A DNA stretch of 59,963 nucleotides from an uncultured Bacteroides sp. Lineage in GTDB: Bacteria; Bacteroidota; Bacteroidia; Bacteroidales; Muribaculaceae. Positions 45,980 to 57,011 of the stretch are shown here, piece by piece. The translations under genes and the position numbers were made by a program. Within the stretch, counting starts at the first letter, position 1. The number at the start of each line of letters is the position of its first letter. Below the pieces are notes generated by a model. It ran no database searches and was not told the DNA's origin. It saw only the letters and a list, made by a program, of their open reading frames with translations. The DNA is taken from positions 9,909-69,871 of the forward strand of contig CAZSHV010000001.1 in NCBI GenBank assembly GCA_964606815.1, given 5' to 3'.

Positions 45980-47977
45980 ATGAAGGCAAAAATCATCAAA
46001 TATATAAAGGAAAAAGTCCTTAACACTCTGTATTCCTCCTCTCTGGTGCGGCGCTTCCAAGCGTCGCCATCGCCGTGGTGGATGGTATGGCTCTGCGATA
46101 TGGCTATAGTGGTGATGGCTGCCCTGCTCACCATGGCCATGCACGGCAACAGCACGGCCGACATGCACGGCTTCATCTATAGCGGCACTGCGAAGGTGCT
46201 CCTGGTGGTCCTGGCCTACTGTGTCACCAGCATCATCTTCAAGTCGCACCGCTACATAGTGCGTCTCTCGGCCCTGAGCGACGTGGCCCGCACGATGAAG
46301 CTCGTGGGCACCGTCAGCGCCATCCTCATTGCCATTGCCCTGATTTCCGAGGCTGCCACGGGCGTGCGCTACGTGAGCATATGGAATGTGGTGATGATCG
46401 GCGTCATAGCCTTCGCGATGATGATCGTGGTGCGCCTCTTCATCAAATACGTCTACGCCGCCCTGCAGAGCCGCGGGCTCAACCGCAAGCGCGTGATCAT
46501 ACTGGGCACCAACATCAATGCCGTTAACCTTAGCACAGCCCTGCGCGAGGAGGTGGGCGGGCAGTACGAGCCCGTGGCCCTGCTGAGCCTGGGCCGCGAG
46601 ACGCGCGGCTCGGTGAGCGGCATGCCCATTGAGAAATTCGACCGTACGACGGTCTCCGACGTCTTCAACAGCTATGGCTGCGACACTGTGATGTTCACCA
46701 ACTCGCAGCTGCGCGCCGTAAAGGGCGAGATGGCCGACTGCTTCATGCAGGCGGGCATACACATGCTCATGTCGCAGAACGTCTCAGAGTTCAGCGGCAA
46801 GGACGAAGGCGCCGCGTCGGCCTCCGTGCGTAATATCCGCATCGAGGACCTGCTCGGCCGCGACACCATACGCACCCGCAACCCGAAGATTCAGGAGGTG
46901 TTCCAGCACCAGACGGTGCTCGTCACTGGAGCGGCCGGCTCCATAGGCTCGGAGATTGCCACCCAGCTTGCGCGCCTGGGCACGAAGAGCCTCGTGCTCA
47001 TCGACCAAGCCGAGACGCCCATGCACGACCTACAACTGCGCATGCAAGAGGAATTCCCGGGACTGGAGATCCACTACTTCGTGGGCGACATCACCAACCG
47101 CGAGCGCATGGAGGTGGCCTTCTCCAAGTACAAGCCCCGCTACGTCTTCCATGCCGCAGCCTACAAGCATGTGCCTATGATGGAGAACAATCCCACCGAG
47201 GCTGTCGGCACCAACGTCTTCGGCACGCGCATTATAGCCGACCTGGCCGTGGCCCACGGCGTGGAGAAATTCGTGATGGTTTCGACCGACAAGGCCGTCA
47301 ACCCCACCAACATCATGGGTGCTTCGAAGCGCATCGCAGAGATATACGTGCAGTCGCTCTTCTTCCACCACCGTCGCACCACCGACGGTCCTGTCACGCA
47401 ATTCATCACCACGCGCTTCGGCAACGTGCTGGGTAGCAACGGCTCTGTGATACCTCTGTTCAAGCGCCAGATCGAGGAGGGCGGTCCGTTGACCGTGACT
47501 CACCGCGACATAATCCGCTATTTCATGACCATCCCCGAGGCCTGCTCGCTGGTGCTGGAGGCGGCGTGCATGGGCCGCGGAGGCGAGATATACATCTTCG
47601 ACATGGGCAAACCGGTGAAAATCTACGACATGGCCCGCAAGATGATTTCGCTGGCTGGCCTGCGCCCCGACGTGGACATCAAAATTGTGGAAACGGGCCT
47701 GCGCCCCGGCGAGAAGCTATATGAGGAGCTGCTGAGCGACCGCGAAAACACCACTGCCACCATCCACAGCCAAATCATGGTGGCCAAGGTTGTCGTCTAT
47801 GACTACGACTCTGTGCGCGAGCAGCTGCACACGCTCCACGACTACCTGCATCGTAGCAACCTGCACGACATCGTGGCGCAGATGAAGCGCATCGTGCCCG
47901 AATACCACTCCAACAACTCGCGCTGGGAAGAGATCGACCGCGAAATCGAGGCCGAACGCGTCCAGCAAAGCAACTAA
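45980..47977 (+). CDS. CapD/PglF-like UDP-GlcNAc 4,6-dehydratase (polysaccharide biosynthesis)
   Basis: N-terminal TMs; 'TGAAGSIGSE', 'HAAAYKHVP', 'STDKAVNP', 'RFGNVLGSNGSV'. Confidence 0.92.
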   Translation: MKAKIIKYIKEKVLNTLYSSSLVRRFQASPSPWWMVWLCDMAIVVMAALLTMAMHGNSTADMHGFIYSGTAKVLLVVLAYCVTSIIFKSHRYIVRLSALSDVARTMKLVGTVSAILIAIALISEAATGVRYVSIWNVVMIGVIAFAMMIVVRLFIKYVYAALQSRGLNRKRVIILGTNINAVNLSTALREEVGGQYEPVALLSLGRETRGSVSGMPIEKFDRTTVSDVFNSYGCDTVMFTNSQLRAVKGEMADCFMQAGIHMLMSQNVSEFSGKDEGAASASVRNIRIEDLLGRDTIRTRNPKIQEVFQHQTVLVTGAAGSIGSEIATQLARLGTKSLVLIDQAETPMHDLQLRMQEEFPGLEIHYFVGDITNRERMEVAFSKYKPRYVFHAAAYKHVPMMENNPTEAVGTNVFGTRIIADLAVAHGVEKFVMVSTDKAVNPTNIMGASKRIAEIYVQSLFFHHRRTTDGPVTQFITTRFGNVLGSNGSVIPLFKRQIEEGGPLTVTHRDIIRYFMTIPEACSLVLEAACMGRGGEIYIFDMGKPVKIYDMARKMISLAGLRPDVDIKIVETGLRPGEKLYEELLSDRENTTATIHSQIMVAKVVVYDYDSVREQLHTLHDYLHRSNLHDIVAQMKRIVPEYHSNNSRWEEIDREIEAERVQQSN

Positions 47978-48023
47978 CCCCATTCCCGCCGGCAGGCAGG
48001 CTGCTGCTTGCCGTCCCTTAACT

Positions 48024-49868
48024 ATGGCCCGACACCCGAGCGTATCCTATATACTTACAAAGATGCGATATGCCTACACGCGCCTATGGGCTCAGTTCGG
48101 CGTGGGCATATCTCGCGCGGGCAAAGTACTGGAGGTAGCCTCTGTGGTGATGGCTCTGGCCTGCGTGGTGGTGATCCTGCTACGCACGGGCTATAACCTA
48201 CAGCCCGCTGGCGAAAGAGCATCCATGGCGGTGCTCCGCGCTTGCCAGTGCGTCTTCGCCGTCAACATCCTCTTCCAGTGGGTGTTCCTGCGCAAGCAGA
48301 ATAGCCGCTACGCCCGATGGATGAAGTGGGTGGCCGACGGCTGCGTGCTCCTCACCCTTGTGCCCTTGCTGCTGCCCCATCACAGCCACGCGGGCTGGCC
48401 GTGGCTGGTTCACCTTCTCTGCTCCCCCGGCTTCTCACAGCTCCTGTTGGGGGTGTACTCCTTGGTGGAGATTTCCTACGCCCTGAGCTGCGTGGCCGGC
48501 AGGCACACCAACCCGTCGCTGATCATGGGTGTGACGTTCCTATTCTTCATCATCTGCGGGTCGCTGGTGCTGATGCTTCCGAAATTCACCTACGGAGGCA
48601 TCGCCTACATCGACTCGCTCTTTGTCTCGGCCAGCGCCGTGTGTATCACGGGCCTGAGCACCGTTGATATCCCCTCCACCTTCACGCCGCGGGGCATCGT
48701 GGCCTTAGCCGTGCTGGTGCAGCTCGGAGGCTTGGGCGTGATCACGTTCACCAGCTTCTTCGCCCTCTTCTTCACAGGCAATACATCCATCTACAACCAG
48801 CTGCTAATCAAGGACATGGTATACTCCAAGAGCATGAACGCCCTTGTGCCCACGCTGCTTTATGTGCTGGGCTTCACCGTCACGGTGGAGGCCATAGGGG
48901 CCGTGGCCGTATACCTGACCGTGCCAGCCGAGCTGGGCTTGGACTGGGAGCAGAAGGCGATGTTCGCCGCGTTCCACTCCATGTCGTCGTTCTGCAACGC
49001 CGGCTTCTCCACCCTTCCGGGCGGCATGAGCAACCCCGTGCTAATGGCCCAGTCGCGATCCATCTACGTCATTACATCAGCCCTGATTTTCGCTGGGGCC
49101 GTGGGATTCCCTATACTGGTGAATATGAAGGAAATACTCCACAACTACGCCCTGCGTCTGCTGCGCCGACACCGCAAAGGCCAGAGCCCCGTGCATATCT
49201 ACGACCTCAACACCAAGATGGTGCTCACCGTCACGCTCAGCGTGCTTGCCATAGGCGCGGTGGGATTCTTCGTCCTGGAGTACGACAACACCCTGCGCGG
49301 CATGAGCCTGACGGACAAGGCCGTGCAGTCTCTCTTCAACGCCCTGACACCCCGCAGCGCAGGCTTCGCATCGGTGTCGCCTTCTGCTTTCCTCGACGCC
49401 ACGCTGGTGCTGGTGGTGGCGCAGATGATCGTGGGCGGTGCCTCGCAGTCGATGGCCGGCGGCATTAAGGTAAACACCCTGGGCACTATGGCTTTGGCCG
49501 TGCGCTCGGTGATCCATGGCCACGACGGCGTGGAGGCCTTCGGCCGCAGACTCAACCCCGCGTCGGTGCGCCGCGCTTTCGCCGTGCTCAGTCTGGCTTT
49601 CGGTGGGCTGCTGGTCTATACAGTAGCTCTGATGGTGCTGGAGCCGGGTCTGCCGGCCAAGGCTCTGGGATTCGAGGCCGTGTCGGCATTCTTCACCGTG
49701 GGCTCGTCGCTGGGAATCACCGACCAGTTGTCGGCTGCATCCAAGGGCCTGCTGTGCACGGCCATGTTCATAGGCCGAGTGGGCATCGTGTCGCTGCTGT
49801 GCGGCATCATAGGCTCGAAGCCAGACCTCAGCCCTCACCTGCCCGAGGACAACGTAATAATAAACTAA
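48024..49868 (+). CDS. trkH: Trk/Ktr potassium uptake membrane subunit
   Basis: 'SASAVCITGL', 'SFCNAGFS', 'PRSAGF', 'MFIGRVG'. Confidence 0.9.
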   Translation: MARHPSVSYILTKMRYAYTRLWAQFGVGISRAGKVLEVASVVMALACVVVILLRTGYNLQPAGERASMAVLRACQCVFAVNILFQWVFLRKQNSRYARWMKWVADGCVLLTLVPLLLPHHSHAGWPWLVHLLCSPGFSQLLLGVYSLVEISYALSCVAGRHTNPSLIMGVTFLFFIICGSLVLMLPKFTYGGIAYIDSLFVSASAVCITGLSTVDIPSTFTPRGIVALAVLVQLGGLGVITFTSFFALFFTGNTSIYNQLLIKDMVYSKSMNALVPTLLYVLGFTVTVEAIGAVAVYLTVPAELGLDWEQKAMFAAFHSMSSFCNAGFSTLPGGMSNPVLMAQSRSIYVITSALIFAGAVGFPILVNMKEILHNYALRLLRRHRKGQSPVHIYDLNTKMVLTVTLSVLAIGAVGFFVLEYDNTLRGMSLTDKAVQSLFNALTPRSAGFASVSPSAFLDATLVLVVAQMIVGGASQSMAGGIKVNTLGTMALAVRSVIHGHDGVEAFGRRLNPASVRRAFAVLSLAFGGLLVYTVALMVLEPGLPAKALGFEAVSAFFTVGSSLGITDQLSAASKGLLCTAMFIGRVGIVSLLCGIIGSKPDLSPHLPEDNVIIN

Positions 49869-49893
49869 CCCCTACCATTCACACCCGCCTCAT

Positions 49894-50592
49894 ATGCGAT
49901 ACCTTATAATCGGACTCGGAATTTACGGCTCCAACCTGGCCCGCGACCTCACGGCTATGGGCCACGAGATAATCGGCGTGGACAACCGCCGCCAGAATGT
50001 CGACGCTCTCAAGGACTACATCTCGGCCACATACCTCATCGACTCCACCGACGAGGGGGCGCTGGCCCTGCTTCCACTTAACAATGTTGACCTGGCCATC
50101 GTGGCCATCGGTGAGAATTTCGGCGCCAGCATTAAGACGGTGGCTCTCCTCAAGAAGATGGGCGTGGAGCACATCTATGCCCGCGCTATCGACAGCCTGC
50201 ACCACTCCATACTCGAGAGCTTCGAGCTTGACCGCATCGTCACCCCCGAGCAGCGCGCCGCCTCCGACCTCAGCCACGAGATGAGCCTGGGCACCCGTGT
50301 GCAGACCCTGGGCATCGACCACGACCACTACGTGATGCGCTTTGCGGCCCCGAAGCTTTTCCACGGGCTGCTCTACGCCGACCTCAAGCTGGATAGCACC
50401 TACAATCTGCGGCTGATCGCTGCCACGCGCCCCACACGCAAGGCCAACATCATGGGCATAGCCCACGACGAGGACGAGATGCTCGACGTGCAGGCCCCCG
50501 GAGCCGAGGTGCAAGAAGGCGACGTGCTGGTGTGTCTGGGCTCCAAGCGCGCATTCTCTGTCCTTTACCGTCAAACCAGCCAAATGCGCTGA
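49894..50592 (+). CDS. trkA: Trk/Ktr potassium uptake RCK subunit
   Basis: 'IIGLGIYG' Rossmann motif; adjacent to trkH. Confidence 0.88.
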   Translation: MRYLIIGLGIYGSNLARDLTAMGHEIIGVDNRRQNVDALKDYISATYLIDSTDEGALALLPLNNVDLAIVAIGENFGASIKTVALLKKMGVEHIYARAIDSLHHSILESFELDRIVTPEQRAASDLSHEMSLGTRVQTLGIDHDHYVMRFAAPKLFHGLLYADLKLDSTYNLRLIAATRPTRKANIMGIAHDEDEMLDVQAPGAEVQEGDVLVCLGSKRAFSVLYRQTSQMR

Positions 50593-50603
50593 GGCCAGAG
50601 CCT

Positions 50604-51860
50604 ATGAACTTCCCTCTTTTCATATCTCGCCGCCTGCGTCTGCGCGGCCCCGGCCAGAGAGCCGGAGCCACTGGCGTGGCCATAGCCGTGGCTGGCGTGG
50701 CTCTTGCCCTGGTGGTGATGGAGCTCACCATCGCCGTCGTGGGCGGATTCCGCGACGGAATCACCTCCAAGCTCACGGGCTTTGAGAATCAGATATCCGT
50801 GCAAGCCCCGCGCGACGCTGTCTCCGGCGGCCAATTAGCCACGCTTGAGCCTGACTCCGCGCTAATGAGCGTCATCGCCGCTGCCCTGCCGCCGCAAGCC
50901 ACGATTACTCCGCGCTTTGACCAGCCGGCCCTGCTGAAGACGCCCAACGACTTCGCAGCCGTGGTGTTCACGGCCTACGGCCCCGGTCACGACGACGCCT
51001 TCGAGCGCGGCAACATAGTGGAGGGCGAGTTGCCAGATTTCTTTGACACTGAGGCTAAAAACAGCATCGTGGTGTCGCGCGCCTGCGCCTCATCGCTGCA
51101 GCTAGAGACCGGGAGCAAGATTGACGCCTGCTTCTTCATCGACGGCGCCCTGCGCATGCGTCGCTACACCGTGGCGGGTATCTACGACAGCGGCTTCGCG
51201 CAGTACGACAACGTCGTGGCACTTGCCTCCCTCCCTGCCCTGCAGTCTGCTGCCGCCGCCGACTCCGTGCAGTGCACATCCCTGGCCATCACCGGGCTGC
51301 CCATAGAAAGCGTTAGCGATGCTGCCGCTGCCCTGCAGACGGATCTGCTGCGGGCCTACAACACGGGGGAGCTTCCCTATCTCTACCCCGTGGATAACGT
51401 CACCCACACCGGCGCGCTGTATTTCGCATGGCTCTCGCTGCTCGACACCAACGTCACTGTCATCTTCATACTCATGCTCTGCGTGGCCGCCTTCACGCTG
51501 ATTTCCAGCATGTTCATCATCATCCTCGACCGCATCGCGGCCATAGGCGTGATGCGCGCCCTGGGAGCCACCAAGGGGCAGATTCGCGCGGTGTTTGTGC
51601 TGGTGGCCCTTCGCGTCGCCGCCCTGGGAATGCTTATCGGCAACGTCGCCGCCCTGGCATTAATCTTCCTTCAGTGGCGCTACCAGATCGTGCCGCTCGA
51701 CCCCGAGGCCTACTACCTCTCCGCCGTGCCCGTGCTTATCACGCCGTGGCAGGTTATCGCGCTCAATATCGGGGTGCTCGCGGCCACCGTCGCCGTGCTC
51801 ATCATCCCCTCGGCCCTCGCAGCCAAAATCAGCCCCGCCCGCACCATGAGGTATGAATAA
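50604..51860 (+). CDS. LolC/E-like ABC transporter permease
   Basis: 'FISRRL...AVVGGF', 'IGVMRALGA', 'LDPEAYYL'. Confidence 0.85.
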   Translation: MNFPLFISRRLRLRGPGQRAGATGVAIAVAGVALALVVMELTIAVVGGFRDGITSKLTGFENQISVQAPRDAVSGGQLATLEPDSALMSVIAAALPPQATITPRFDQPALLKTPNDFAAVVFTAYGPGHDDAFERGNIVEGELPDFFDTEAKNSIVVSRACASSLQLETGSKIDACFFIDGALRMRRYTVAGIYDSGFAQYDNVVALASLPALQSAAAADSVQCTSLAITGLPIESVSDAAAALQTDLLRAYNTGELPYLYPVDNVTHTGALYFAWLSLLDTNVTVIFILMLCVAAFTLISSMFIIILDRIAAIGVMRALGATKGQIRAVFVLVALRVAALGMLIGNVAALALIFLQWRYQIVPLDPEAYYLSAVPVLITPWQVIALNIGVLAATVAVLIIPSALAAKISPARTMRYE

Positions 51861-51958
51861 CGGAACTTTTCGCGCAGTTAATTGTTTTTAAGATAACATT
51901 TTTAACTCTTTAGCGAAAATTTCACTAAATTTGCCCGATAATTACATTTTGAATATAT

Positions 51959-52318
51959 ATGACAGAAACAAAAGATATCTCACAACTCATCATCGAGGGC
52001 ATCCAAGAGCGCAAGGGCCGCGGAATCACCGTGGTGGACATGAGCGCCATTGAGTCGGCCCCCGTGCAGAAATTCATCATCGCCCAGGGCACCTCGTCTA
52101 TGCAGGTGGCCGGCATCGCCGACAGCGTCCGCGAATACGTGCAGGAGCAAAGCGGCCAGAAGCCTTTCAACTACGACGGCTACGCCAACTCTGATTGGAT
52201 CGTGATTGACTACGGCTCGGTGCTGGCTCATATCTTCGTGCCGCAGGCTCGCGAGCGTTACAACCTCGAGGACCTCTGGAGCGACGCCGAGATCACCCTG
52301 GTGCCAGACCTCGACTAA
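51959..52318 (+). CDS. rsfS: Ribosome silencing factor
   Basis: 'WIVIDYGSVLAHIF...RERYNLEDLW'. Confidence 0.95.
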   Translation: MTETKDISQLIIEGIQERKGRGITVVDMSAIESAPVQKFIIAQGTSSMQVAGIADSVREYVQEQSGQKPFNYDGYANSDWIVIDYGSVLAHIFVPQARERYNLEDLWSDAEITLVPDLD

Positions 52319-52365
52319 CCCCAGCATTTTCATCACATTTATACACTCAAATCTGCATCTAATCT

Positions 52366-54546
52366 ATGCCACTATCATCGCCCCAGGGCAACAAAAACCC
52401 CAACAATAAGGGCAAGAAGGGCGGAATCTTCGGGTTCAACCTCTTCTGGATGTACGCCATCATCTTCCTGGTGCTGGCGGGCATCTTCTATCTTGACGAC
52501 AACTCGGTGACCAAGGAAGTCAACTACACTGCCTTTGAGCAATATGTGGAGCGCGACCACGGCATCAAGAAAATCATAGTGTTCTCCGACAAGAACGAGG
52601 CCCAGGGTGTGCTAACCGACTCCTTGGCGCAGGTGGTCTTCGGCTCGTCGTACAACCCCGCCGACAATATCGAAGCCACGGTGCTCACCAAGATTCCCTC
52701 TGCCGATAAGTTCAGCGACAAGATCGAGCAATGGCGTGCGAGCGGCGCCTTCCCCGCCGACGGCGAGGTGAAGTACGAGCGTTCCGGCCAGCTCGGCTCC
52801 ATACTCTGGAGCTTCGGCCCCATCGTGCTCATCATCGTCTTCTGGATCTGGATGATGCGTCGCATGTCTGGCGGTGGCGGCGGTGGCGGCGGCGTCTTCA
52901 GCGTGGGCAAGTCAAAGGCCCAGGTGTTTGACAAGGACGCCCCCAACAAGGTGACGTTCGCTGATGTGGCCGGTCTTTCAGAGGCTAAGACAGAGATTGA
53001 AGAGATAGTGGAGTTCCTCAAGAACCCCAAACGCTACACAGACCTGGGCGGCAAAATTCCCAAGGGAGCCCTGCTTGTGGGCCCTCCCGGCACAGGTAAG
53101 ACCCTGCTGGCCAAGGCTGTGGCAGGCGAGGCTAATGTGCCATTCTTCTCCATGTCGGGCTCCGACTTCGTGGAGATGTTCGTGGGCGTGGGTGCTTCGC
53201 GTGTCCGCGACCTCTTCAGCCAGGCCAAAGAGAAAGCTCCGTGCATCGTCTTTATCGACGAAATCGACGCCGTGGGCCGCGCCCGCGGCAAGAACCCCAA
53301 CATGGGCGCCAACGACGAGCGCGAGAACACACTCAACCAGCTCCTCACCGAGATGGACGGCTTCGGCTCTAACAGCGGCGTCATCATCCTCGCCGCCACC
53401 AACCGCGTGGACATCCTCGACAAGGCCCTGCTCCGCGCAGGCCGATTCGACCGCCAGATATTCGTGGACCTGCCCGATGTCAACGACCGCGTGGCCATCT
53501 TCAAGGTGCACCTACGCAAAATCAAATACGACCCCGCTCTCGACATCGAGCTGCTGGCACGCCAGACTGCCGGATTCTCCGGTGCTGACATCGCCAACGT
53601 CTGCAACGAGGCCGCCCTCATCGCTGCCCGCCACAACAAGAAGACCGTCACCATTGAGGACTTCAACGCTGCCGTTGACCGCATCATCGGAGGTCTGGAG
53701 AAAAAGAACAAGCTCACCACCAACGAAGAGAAGCGCAGCGTGGCCATCCACGAGGCCGGACACGCCACAGTGTCGTGGCATCTGGAGTTCGGCGACCCGC
53801 TGATCAAGGTCACCATCGTGCCCCGCGGCAAAGCCCTCGGCGCTGCCTGGTATCTGCCAGAGGAACGCCAGCGCGTGCCGGCCCAGGCTCTGCTCGACCA
53901 GATCTGCTCGCTGATGGCCGGTCGCGCCGCGGAGGATATCGAGCTCGGCAGCGTGGCCACCGGTGCACTCAACGACCTGGAGCGCGCCACGAAAATCGCA
54001 TACGCCCTGGTTGTGTACTACGGCATGAGCGAGCGTCTGCCCAACATCAGCTACTACGACTCCACAGGCCAGAACTACGCCTTCTCCAAGCCCTACAGCG
54101 AGGAGCGCGCCAGGATCATCGACGAGGAGGTGTCTCGCATCCTCTCCGAGCAATATCAGCGAGCCAAGGACATCCTGCTCAAGTACAAACCGCAGATGGA
54201 GCAGCTGGCCAACGAACTTTACACCCGCGAGGTAATCTTCACGGCAGACGTTGAGGCCATCTTCGGCAAACGCAAATGGGCATCCCGCACCGACGAAATC
54301 CTCGCCGAGCAGGCCCGCGCCAATGCCGCTGCCGCTGCCGACCCCGCCGTCACCTCTGTTTCGGCTCCCTTCCCCACCTCCGCCGACGACAAGCCCGCCG
54401 ACGCTTCAGAGACTAAGCCTGCCGACGCAGCCGACGCCCCCAAGGACGATGTGCCAGCCCCTCCGGCTCCGCTGGACGTTGACCCTTCCAAGGCCGACGA
54501 TGACGACGACGCCGTGCCCCCTCCCTTCGACATCGACATCAAATAA
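52366..54546 (+). CDS. ftsH: ATP-dependent zinc metalloprotease FtsH
   Basis: 'GPPGTGKT', 'FIDEIDA', SRH motif, 'HEAGH'. Confidence 0.97.
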   Translation: MPLSSPQGNKNPNNKGKKGGIFGFNLFWMYAIIFLVLAGIFYLDDNSVTKEVNYTAFEQYVERDHGIKKIIVFSDKNEAQGVLTDSLAQVVFGSSYNPADNIEATVLTKIPSADKFSDKIEQWRASGAFPADGEVKYERSGQLGSILWSFGPIVLIIVFWIWMMRRMSGGGGGGGGVFSVGKSKAQVFDKDAPNKVTFADVAGLSEAKTEIEEIVEFLKNPKRYTDLGGKIPKGALLVGPPGTGKTLLAKAVAGEANVPFFSMSGSDFVEMFVGVGASRVRDLFSQAKEKAPCIVFIDEIDAVGRARGKNPNMGANDERENTLNQLLTEMDGFGSNSGVIILAATNRVDILDKALLRAGRFDRQIFVDLPDVNDRVAIFKVHLRKIKYDPALDIELLARQTAGFSGADIANVCNEAALIAARHNKKTVTIEDFNAAVDRIIGGLEKKNKLTTNEEKRSVAIHEAGHATVSWHLEFGDPLIKVTIVPRGKALGAAWYLPEERQRVPAQALLDQICSLMAGRAAEDIELGSVATGALNDLERATKIAYALVVYYGMSERLPNISYYDSTGQNYAFSKPYSEERARIIDEEVSRILSEQYQRAKDILLKYKPQMEQLANELYTREVIFTADVEAIFGKRKWASRTDEILAEQARANAAAAADPAVTSVSAPFPTSADDKPADASETKPADAADAPKDDVPAPPAPLDVDPSKADDDDDAVPPPFDIDIK

Positions 54547-54560
54547 TCCCACCCACTTAA

Positions 54561-54598
54561 TCACCCTCCTCGCTTTCTGGGGAGGGTGAATTTTTTTT
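54561..54598 (+). terminator. Terminator after ftsH
   Basis: TCACCCTCC...GGAGGGTGA followed by T8. Confidence 0.85.
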
Positions 54599-54699
54599 AT
54601 AAAACACTGAATTTCAAAGTTTTCTTTGTCCAGGTGAACATACACACGGACTCCGCTGGTTATGTAGACGTTACCTTGGGCGTTATCTGCGGCCGAAAC

Positions 54700-54798
54700 G
54701 AACTTTCGGCTCTACAATCGGGGGAATCGTGGATGATGTCGTGGACGGTAGCAGCGGCCGGAACGGAACTTTCGGCTCTACAATCGGGGGAATCGTGG
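54700..54798. repeat. Two identical 33-bp direct repeats (66-bp period), intergenic
   Basis: GAACTTTCGGCTCTACAATCGGGGGAATCGTGG at 54700 and 54766. Confidence 0.9.
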
Positions 54799-54970
54799 GC
54801 GTCTTCTTGGGCGTTTGGCTGGGATAAGAGGGTTTGCGGGCATTTTGTGCCACTTTTGCCGAAGTTTTTAGAATATTTAATTCAAAAAACTTGACATCGC
54901 TATTCGGAATTGCTAAATTTGCCAAATATTTCAGAAATTCCGCGTTTCGCGCATTCACAACACTGCAAAA

Positions 54971-55855
54971 GTGGCCAAAAAGAAGATTTCCAAAATATCC
55001 ACGCTCGGCTCGCGCATCACGGCCATCGTGAGCGTGACCCTCGTGCTCCTGCTTTTAGGAATGATGATGATAGGTGCTCTGGTGGCCGGCGAGGCTTCCC
55101 GCGCGCTGCGTTCGGAGGTGGCTCTCATCGTTAAGCTCGACCTCCAGACCTCCGACCAAGAGGTAGCACTCTTCAAGCGCTACGTCGATGAGGTGCCTTG
55201 GGCCGCGTCGTCGATGTATACCTCCCCCGCCGATGTGCTGGCAAAGGAGATGGAGCACAACGCCGATATAATAGAGCTCCTCGACGAAAATCCTTACAGC
55301 GGTGAGTTTGAGATCAAGCTCGCTCCAGCGTACGCATGCTCCGACAGCATCGCCAAGGTGTGCCGCCTGGTGGAGAGCTTGGAGTATGTTGACCACGTGG
55401 TGGCCCCGGCCGAGATAGCCGACGGCATCTCGCGCGTGGTGAGCCGCGGCCAGCTGATACTTGGATGCGCCGCCGCTGCGCTTCTGCTCATCTCTGTAGT
55501 GCTGATTTACAACACTGTAAGTCTTTCCGTCTACTCCCGCCGCATGGTGATTCAGTCCATGAAGCTCGTGGGAGCGACCCCCGCTTTCATACGCGCGCCT
55601 TTCGTATGGTCTGGCATAGCCTCTGGCCTGATTGCAGCCACAGCGGCCAGCGCCCTGCTCTGCGCCTTGCGCTTATGGGCCGACGCTCCCGCCGCCCAGG
55701 TGGGCGTCGAGGCTCTGGAGTTCGCGCTGCCCTGGACGCATGTAGCCGGCATCTGCGCCGCCCTGTATGTGGCCGGAGCAGCCATCTGCGGCTTGTCGTC
55801 GCTCTTGGCTGCAAACCGCTACATCAGCGCCACCACCGACGATTATTATAAGTAA
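54971..55855 (+). CDS. ftsX: Cell division permease FtsX
   Basis: 'IYNTVSLSVYSRRMVIQSMKLVGATPAFIRAPF'. Confidence 0.9.
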   Translation: MAKKKISKISTLGSRITAIVSVTLVLLLLGMMMIGALVAGEASRALRSEVALIVKLDLQTSDQEVALFKRYVDEVPWAASSMYTSPADVLAKEMEHNADIIELLDENPYSGEFEIKLAPAYACSDSIAKVCRLVESLEYVDHVVAPAEIADGISRVVSRGQLILGCAAAALLLISVVLIYNTVSLSVYSRRMVIQSMKLVGATPAFIRAPFVWSGIASGLIAATAASALLCALRLWADAPAAQVGVEALEFALPWTHVAGICAALYVAGAAICGLSSLLAANRYISATTDDYYK

Positions 55856-55882
55856 CCCCCCACACCAACAACTGCACCGACA

Positions 55883-56146
55883 ATGAATCCCAACCCTCTC
55901 GGACGCCGCAACTTCATAGCCATGGCGGCAGCCGGCCTGCTCATCATAGTGGGCTTCGCCTTGATGTTAGGCGGAAGCACCACCACCGACACGTTCAACC
56001 CCGACATCTTCAGCACCCGCCGCATAGTGGTGGGCCCGATGCTGTGCTTCATCGGCTATGTGGCTATGGCCGCAGCCATCATCATCAAGCCCGGTGGCAA
56101 AGCCGACACCCCCGCTGCGGAGGACAACAGCAAAGACGTAAAATAA
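55883..56146 (+). CDS. DUF3098 membrane protein
   Basis: 'NFIAM...GFALM.GG...FNPDIFSTRRIVVGP'; lies between ftsX and uppP. Confidence 0.85.
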   Translation: MNPNPLGRRNFIAMAAAGLLIIVGFALMLGGSTTTDTFNPDIFSTRRIVVGPMLCFIGYVAMAAAIIIKPGGKADTPAAEDNSKDVK

Positions 56147-56159
56147 TCACATTATACCT

Positions 56160-56990
56160 ATGGATTGGATTGACGCCCTCATTTTAGGCATAGTGCAAGG
56201 CCTGGCGGAGTACCTGCCCATCAGCTCGTCGGGCCATCTGGAAATCTTCCAGGACATCCTCGGCCTTAACCTCCCGGGCAAAGACGCTCTGGAGTTTGAC
56301 CTCGCGCTGCATGTGGCCACAGTGCTTAGCACCCTGGTGGTGCTGTGGAAGGAATTCGTGCCCCTGTGCCAGTCATTCTTCACTTTCCGCAACGACGACA
56401 ACACCCGCTACGTGCTGAAGATTCTGCTCTCGTGCGTGCCTGTGGCCGTCGTGGGTCTGTGCTTTAAAGACGTGATAGAGAAGTTCTTCGGCGGAAACCT
56501 GCTGGTGGTGGGCATATGCCTGTGCGTCACCGCCGCGCTGCTGGCTTTCACCTATTTCTACCGCACCGACAGCTCTACCGCCGCTCCCTACCGCCCTCGC
56601 CAGATTTCGTGGCTCGACGCCTTCATCATCGGCTGCGCCCAGGCTGTAGCCGTTCTTCCGGGCCTTAGCCGTTCGGGCTCCACAATCGCCACGGGCATCC
56701 TGCTTGGCGACCGCAAGGAGCAGGTGGCCCAGTTCTCGTTCTTCATGGTCATCATCCCCATCCTCGGTGAGGCCCTGCTCGACTGCAAAGACATGCTCAA
56801 GCCCGCGGCTGACGCGGCTGCCTCTGTCAGCGTCGGGATTCTACCCCTGGCCATTGGCTTCGTAGCCGCCTTCCTGGTGGGTTGCGCGGCATGCCGCTGG
56901 ATGCTCGAGATCGTGAAGAAAGGCAAGCTCGTATGGTTCGCCCTTTACTGCGTGCTCGCCGGCGCCGCTTGCATCATCTTCAGCCTCTAA
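56160..56990 (+). CDS. uppP: Undecaprenyl-diphosphate phosphatase
   Basis: 'VQGLAEYLPISSSGHL', 'PGLSRSGSTI'. Confidence 0.95.
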   Translation: MDWIDALILGIVQGLAEYLPISSSGHLEIFQDILGLNLPGKDALEFDLALHVATVLSTLVVLWKEFVPLCQSFFTFRNDDNTRYVLKILLSCVPVAVVGLCFKDVIEKFFGGNLLVVGICLCVTAALLAFTYFYRTDSSTAAPYRPRQISWLDAFIIGCAQAVAVLPGLSRSGSTIATGILLGDRKEQVAQFSFFMVIIPILGEALLDCKDMLKPAADAAASVSVGILPLAIGFVAAFLVGCAACRWMLEIVKKGKLVWFALYCVLAGAACIIFSL

Positions 56991-57011
56991 ACAGTAACCA
57001 CACTCCCGCTT

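Noticed and set aside
54700-54798. CRISPR array
   Set aside because: Only two repeats, spacer partly repeated, and no cas genes in the window.
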